Shown here piece by piece: positions 62,601 to 64,000 of a stretch of DNA of 64,000 nucleotides. Every line of letters starts with the position of its first letter. Positions within the stretch are counted from its first letter, which is position 1. Location: the NCBI GenBank assembly GCA_964536835.1, contig CAZIAZ010000001.1, positions 49,525 through 113,524 on the forward strand, read 5' to 3'. Below the pieces are notes generated by a model. The model had not been told where the DNA came from. It did no database searches and worked only from the letters and a program-made list of their open reading frames with translations. The translations under genes were made by a program, and so were the position numbers. The stretch is from an uncultured Planctomycetaceae bacterium (GTDB lineage: Bacteria > Planctomycetota > Phycisphaerae > SM23-33).

Positions 62601-63212
62601 CTTTCACAGTGCATAAACGGGGCTGCCGGTATTGAACCGTCCGTCAAAGACGCTATCGAATTCGCCAAAAAAAGATTTTATACCGAATTGGCGGAAAAGG
62701 ATTTCGAAGGCTGTGACGTTTTGGAAAAACTCATAGAAATCGGCAGATTATTCCTGACGCGCGAATTGGCTGAGCTGGAACGTTTCGTACTGTTGCAGAT
62801 TTTCGACCAGTCATGGAAAGACCATCTGCTTAGCATGGATCATCTGAAGAGCGCAATAGGCTTACGCGGTTACGCCGAACAGGACCCAAAAGTAGCCTAC
62901 AAACGCGAAGGCGGCAAACTGTTTGAAGAAATGTTCGCCGGCATTCGTGAAAAACTCAGCAGCATGATTTTCAAAGTTCGACTGGCCAGCCGTGAAGACG
63001 AACTGGAAAGCGTATATCAGGTCTCCGAGCAGGTTCACGAGCAATTACACGGTTACGGCCATCTTGCACAAGGCGCCGGCCAGGCGGCTCAACAGCCCGG
63101 GGAGTCACAAAAAATAAAACAGATTGTACGGCAAGACGTAAAAGTGGGCAGAAACGACCCATGCCCGTGCGGCAGTGGGAAAAAATATAAAAAATGCTGT
63201 GGCCGAATGTAA
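59691..63212 (+). CDS. secA: Preprotein translocase ATPase SecA (extended, 1173 aa)
   Basis: DEAD-like motor motifs, a preprotein cross-linking domain, and a C-terminal zinc motif CPCGSGKKYKKCCG. Confidence 0.9.
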   Translation: MLKILQKLFIKSIGGSRNDRIIRSCMNLVHEKINPLETMMQSLDDNELRAASLDLRKQTLAGDVKRNDVLPQAFALIREASRRGRNHRQYDVQLVAGMILDRGWIAEEATGEGKTIACYPAIYMAWLEGFKTHVVTVNDYLVERDANFAKPIFELLGVTVGFIRSEMPAYGDGATARRAAYECDVTYGTNSEFGFDYLRDNMKMSPAEQVQGRLDFAIVDEVDSILIDEARTPLIISGPAYGKTDRYNKADAVARELISRNRPYDQANRQVENLTMRLQTLEGELKKNKKSDAADKLQKQIEQTRDELVQAEDARSRQTQYYEVVLDKKSAHMTHEGVTAAQEIAGVGSFYVGANMEWPHLMEQALRAHLVYERDKDYVVQDGQIVIVDEFTGRLLEGRQWSDGLHQAVEAKERVTVKEENQTLATITLQNYFKLYKKLAGMTGTAMTEAEEFAKIYKLDVASVPTNVPCCRNDSEDRIYADEDAKFKAIVEEINEYSKTGRPVLVGTTSIEKSEKLSQMLVHTYGIEHELLNGRPENAAREAEIVFKAGQQHELSKKNSQMVGNVTIATNMAGRGTDIKLSDGAKQSGGLHIVGTERHEARRIDNQLRGRAGRQGDPGSSRFFLSLEDDLMSIFAGDWTKKMLAWLGLTGDMAIENKRISNGIERAQKKVEERNFEIRKNLLEYDEIMDVQRHGFYSMRQAVLEGRNIQRLVFRMVNDSIASAAENFLDGSYPQRCIGEWARNTLQAAVRDEHIKAKTADDMPSLEADLREAAKSEAYATIAITLGEYMDEELEASAWDLRGLSSWAKSRFGVDISQNQLRKMNPHEVEQALCDSAAEKIDKIDLSPLLECLEPDFAKKSFAGWANSKFNLGLSGDDFDGTAQQAVEKIMTGVHELYRRRQVEYPVEYAVEMTVGRNGEDNIYALEELCRWANVKFGTDFTAENLQGKNAHELLKMLTDISHEWLEGDKLSQCINGAAGIEPSVKDAIEFAKKRFYTELAEKDFEGCDVLEKLIEIGRLFLTRELAELERFVLLQIFDQSWKDHLLSMDHLKSAIGLRGYAEQDPKVAYKREGGKLFEEMFAGIREKLSSMIFKVRLASREDELESVYQVSEQVHEQLHGYGHLAQGAGQAAQQPGESQKIKQIVRQDVKVGRNDPCPCGSGKKYKKCCGRM

Positions 63213-63310
63213 TAAACGTATGTTCAAAATGAAAATAATTTACAGAACCTCGCTAACGGGTTGACACCGCTTCAAACAAAAAATATGATATATTTTATTG
63301 TGTAGGGGGT

Positions 63311-63985
63311 GTGGCCATGAATAATAATTGGGATATGTCGAAATACGATGTAATATTTTTTGATCTCGACGGTACACTGACAGATCCGAGCATGGAGATG
63401 GTCAGCAGTGCGGTTTATGCGCTGCAGAAATGCGGGATTGCCTCGCCTGATAAGGCAAAACTCCAAAAATTCCTGACAGAGCCGCTGCTGGAATGTTTTG
63501 AACAACATTTCGGCATGACGCAGGAACAGGCGAACGAAGCATTTAACCATTACTGGCAGTACTACGCGACGCAGGGCATTAGCCGCAACAAACCCTACAA
63601 CGGCGTGCCGGAACTGCTCGATAAACTGTCGGAACAGGGAAAAATCATGTGTGTTGCGACGGCGCGTCAGACCGAGAATGCCGTCGGGGTTCTGGCTGCT
63701 ACCGGGTTGACCAGATATTTTACGCACATTCTCGGGGCAAGCAACGACATGTCCCGCCGTACGAAAAAGATGATAATATTCGACTTGATAGCATCCATCG
63801 GCGAACATGACATGGAAAAAATTATCATGGTCGGCGACCGCACTGCCGACATCCTCGGTGCACAAGCCAACGGCATAGACACTATCGGCGTAACATGGGG
63901 CCAGGATTCGCAAGACGAAATCAAGGCGACAAATCCGACGTACATGGCTAATTCCGTCAAGGAAATGGCGGATTTACTGCTATAA
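63311..63985 (+). CDS. HAD-superfamily hydrolase (phosphoglycolate phosphatase-like)
   Basis: Motif I FDLDGTL, motif III K, and motif IV GDRTAD. Confidence 0.75.
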   Translation: MAMNNNWDMSKYDVIFFDLDGTLTDPSMEMVSSAVYALQKCGIASPDKAKLQKFLTEPLLECFEQHFGMTQEQANEAFNHYWQYYATQGISRNKPYNGVPELLDKLSEQGKIMCVATARQTENAVGVLAATGLTRYFTHILGASNDMSRRTKKMIIFDLIASIGEHDMEKIIMVGDRTADILGAQANGIDTIGVTWGQDSQDEIKATNPTYMANSVKEMADLLL

Positions 63986-64000
63986 TGTTTCGTAGCGATG

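Overview
This 64 kb window looks like a housekeeping-rich chromosomal segment of a bacterium from the PVC superphylum, most likely Planctomycetota. That placement is inference from a prepilin N-terminal helix fused to a DUF1559/HX9DG domain, an unusually long SecA, long charged tails on essential enzymes, and about 55% GC. Genes are densely packed on both strands. Recognisable units, in order from the window start: a 5'-truncated D-lyxose isomerase; a translationally coupled type IV pilus operon pilM-pilN-pilO-pilP-like-pilB-pilT-pilC with no secretin gene; a STAS anti-sigma-factor antagonist; a solitary topoisomerase VI B subunit (Top6B) with no Top6A nearby; DUF502; a lipoprotein; galM; an enolase-superfamily enzyme; glyQS; carA-pyrG-carB; purF; recG; a DUF1559 pseudopilin; the rpmF-plsX-fabH operon; an oadG-oadA-oadB Na+-pumping biotin decarboxylase operon next to birA; a membrane protein plus GT9 heptosyltransferase; a COG1579 Zn-ribbon / DUF2400 / DUF62 trio; gyrA; a glmM / GlmU-like acetyltransferase / glmS operon; a VWA protein; a 1573-aa fusion of indolepyruvate:ferredoxin oxidoreductase (IorA+IorB) with a GltD-like NAD(P)H flavoprotein; a hypoxanthine-DNA glycosylase-like protein; topA; a URO-D-like protein; secA; and a HAD hydrolase. 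No tRNA, rRNA or CRISPR was found. The points most worth follow-up are: (1) the giant IOR–GltD fusion, which looks like a self-contained 2-oxoacid:NAD(P)+ oxidoreductase; (2) the orphan Top6B with a histone-H1-like basic tail; (3) two families of structured intergenic repeats, one of them carrying an identical 34-nt core at two loci; (4) a GlmU-like protein lacking the uridyltransferase N-terminus inside the glmM–glmS operon. All calls rest on motif recognition by eye; no database search was possible.
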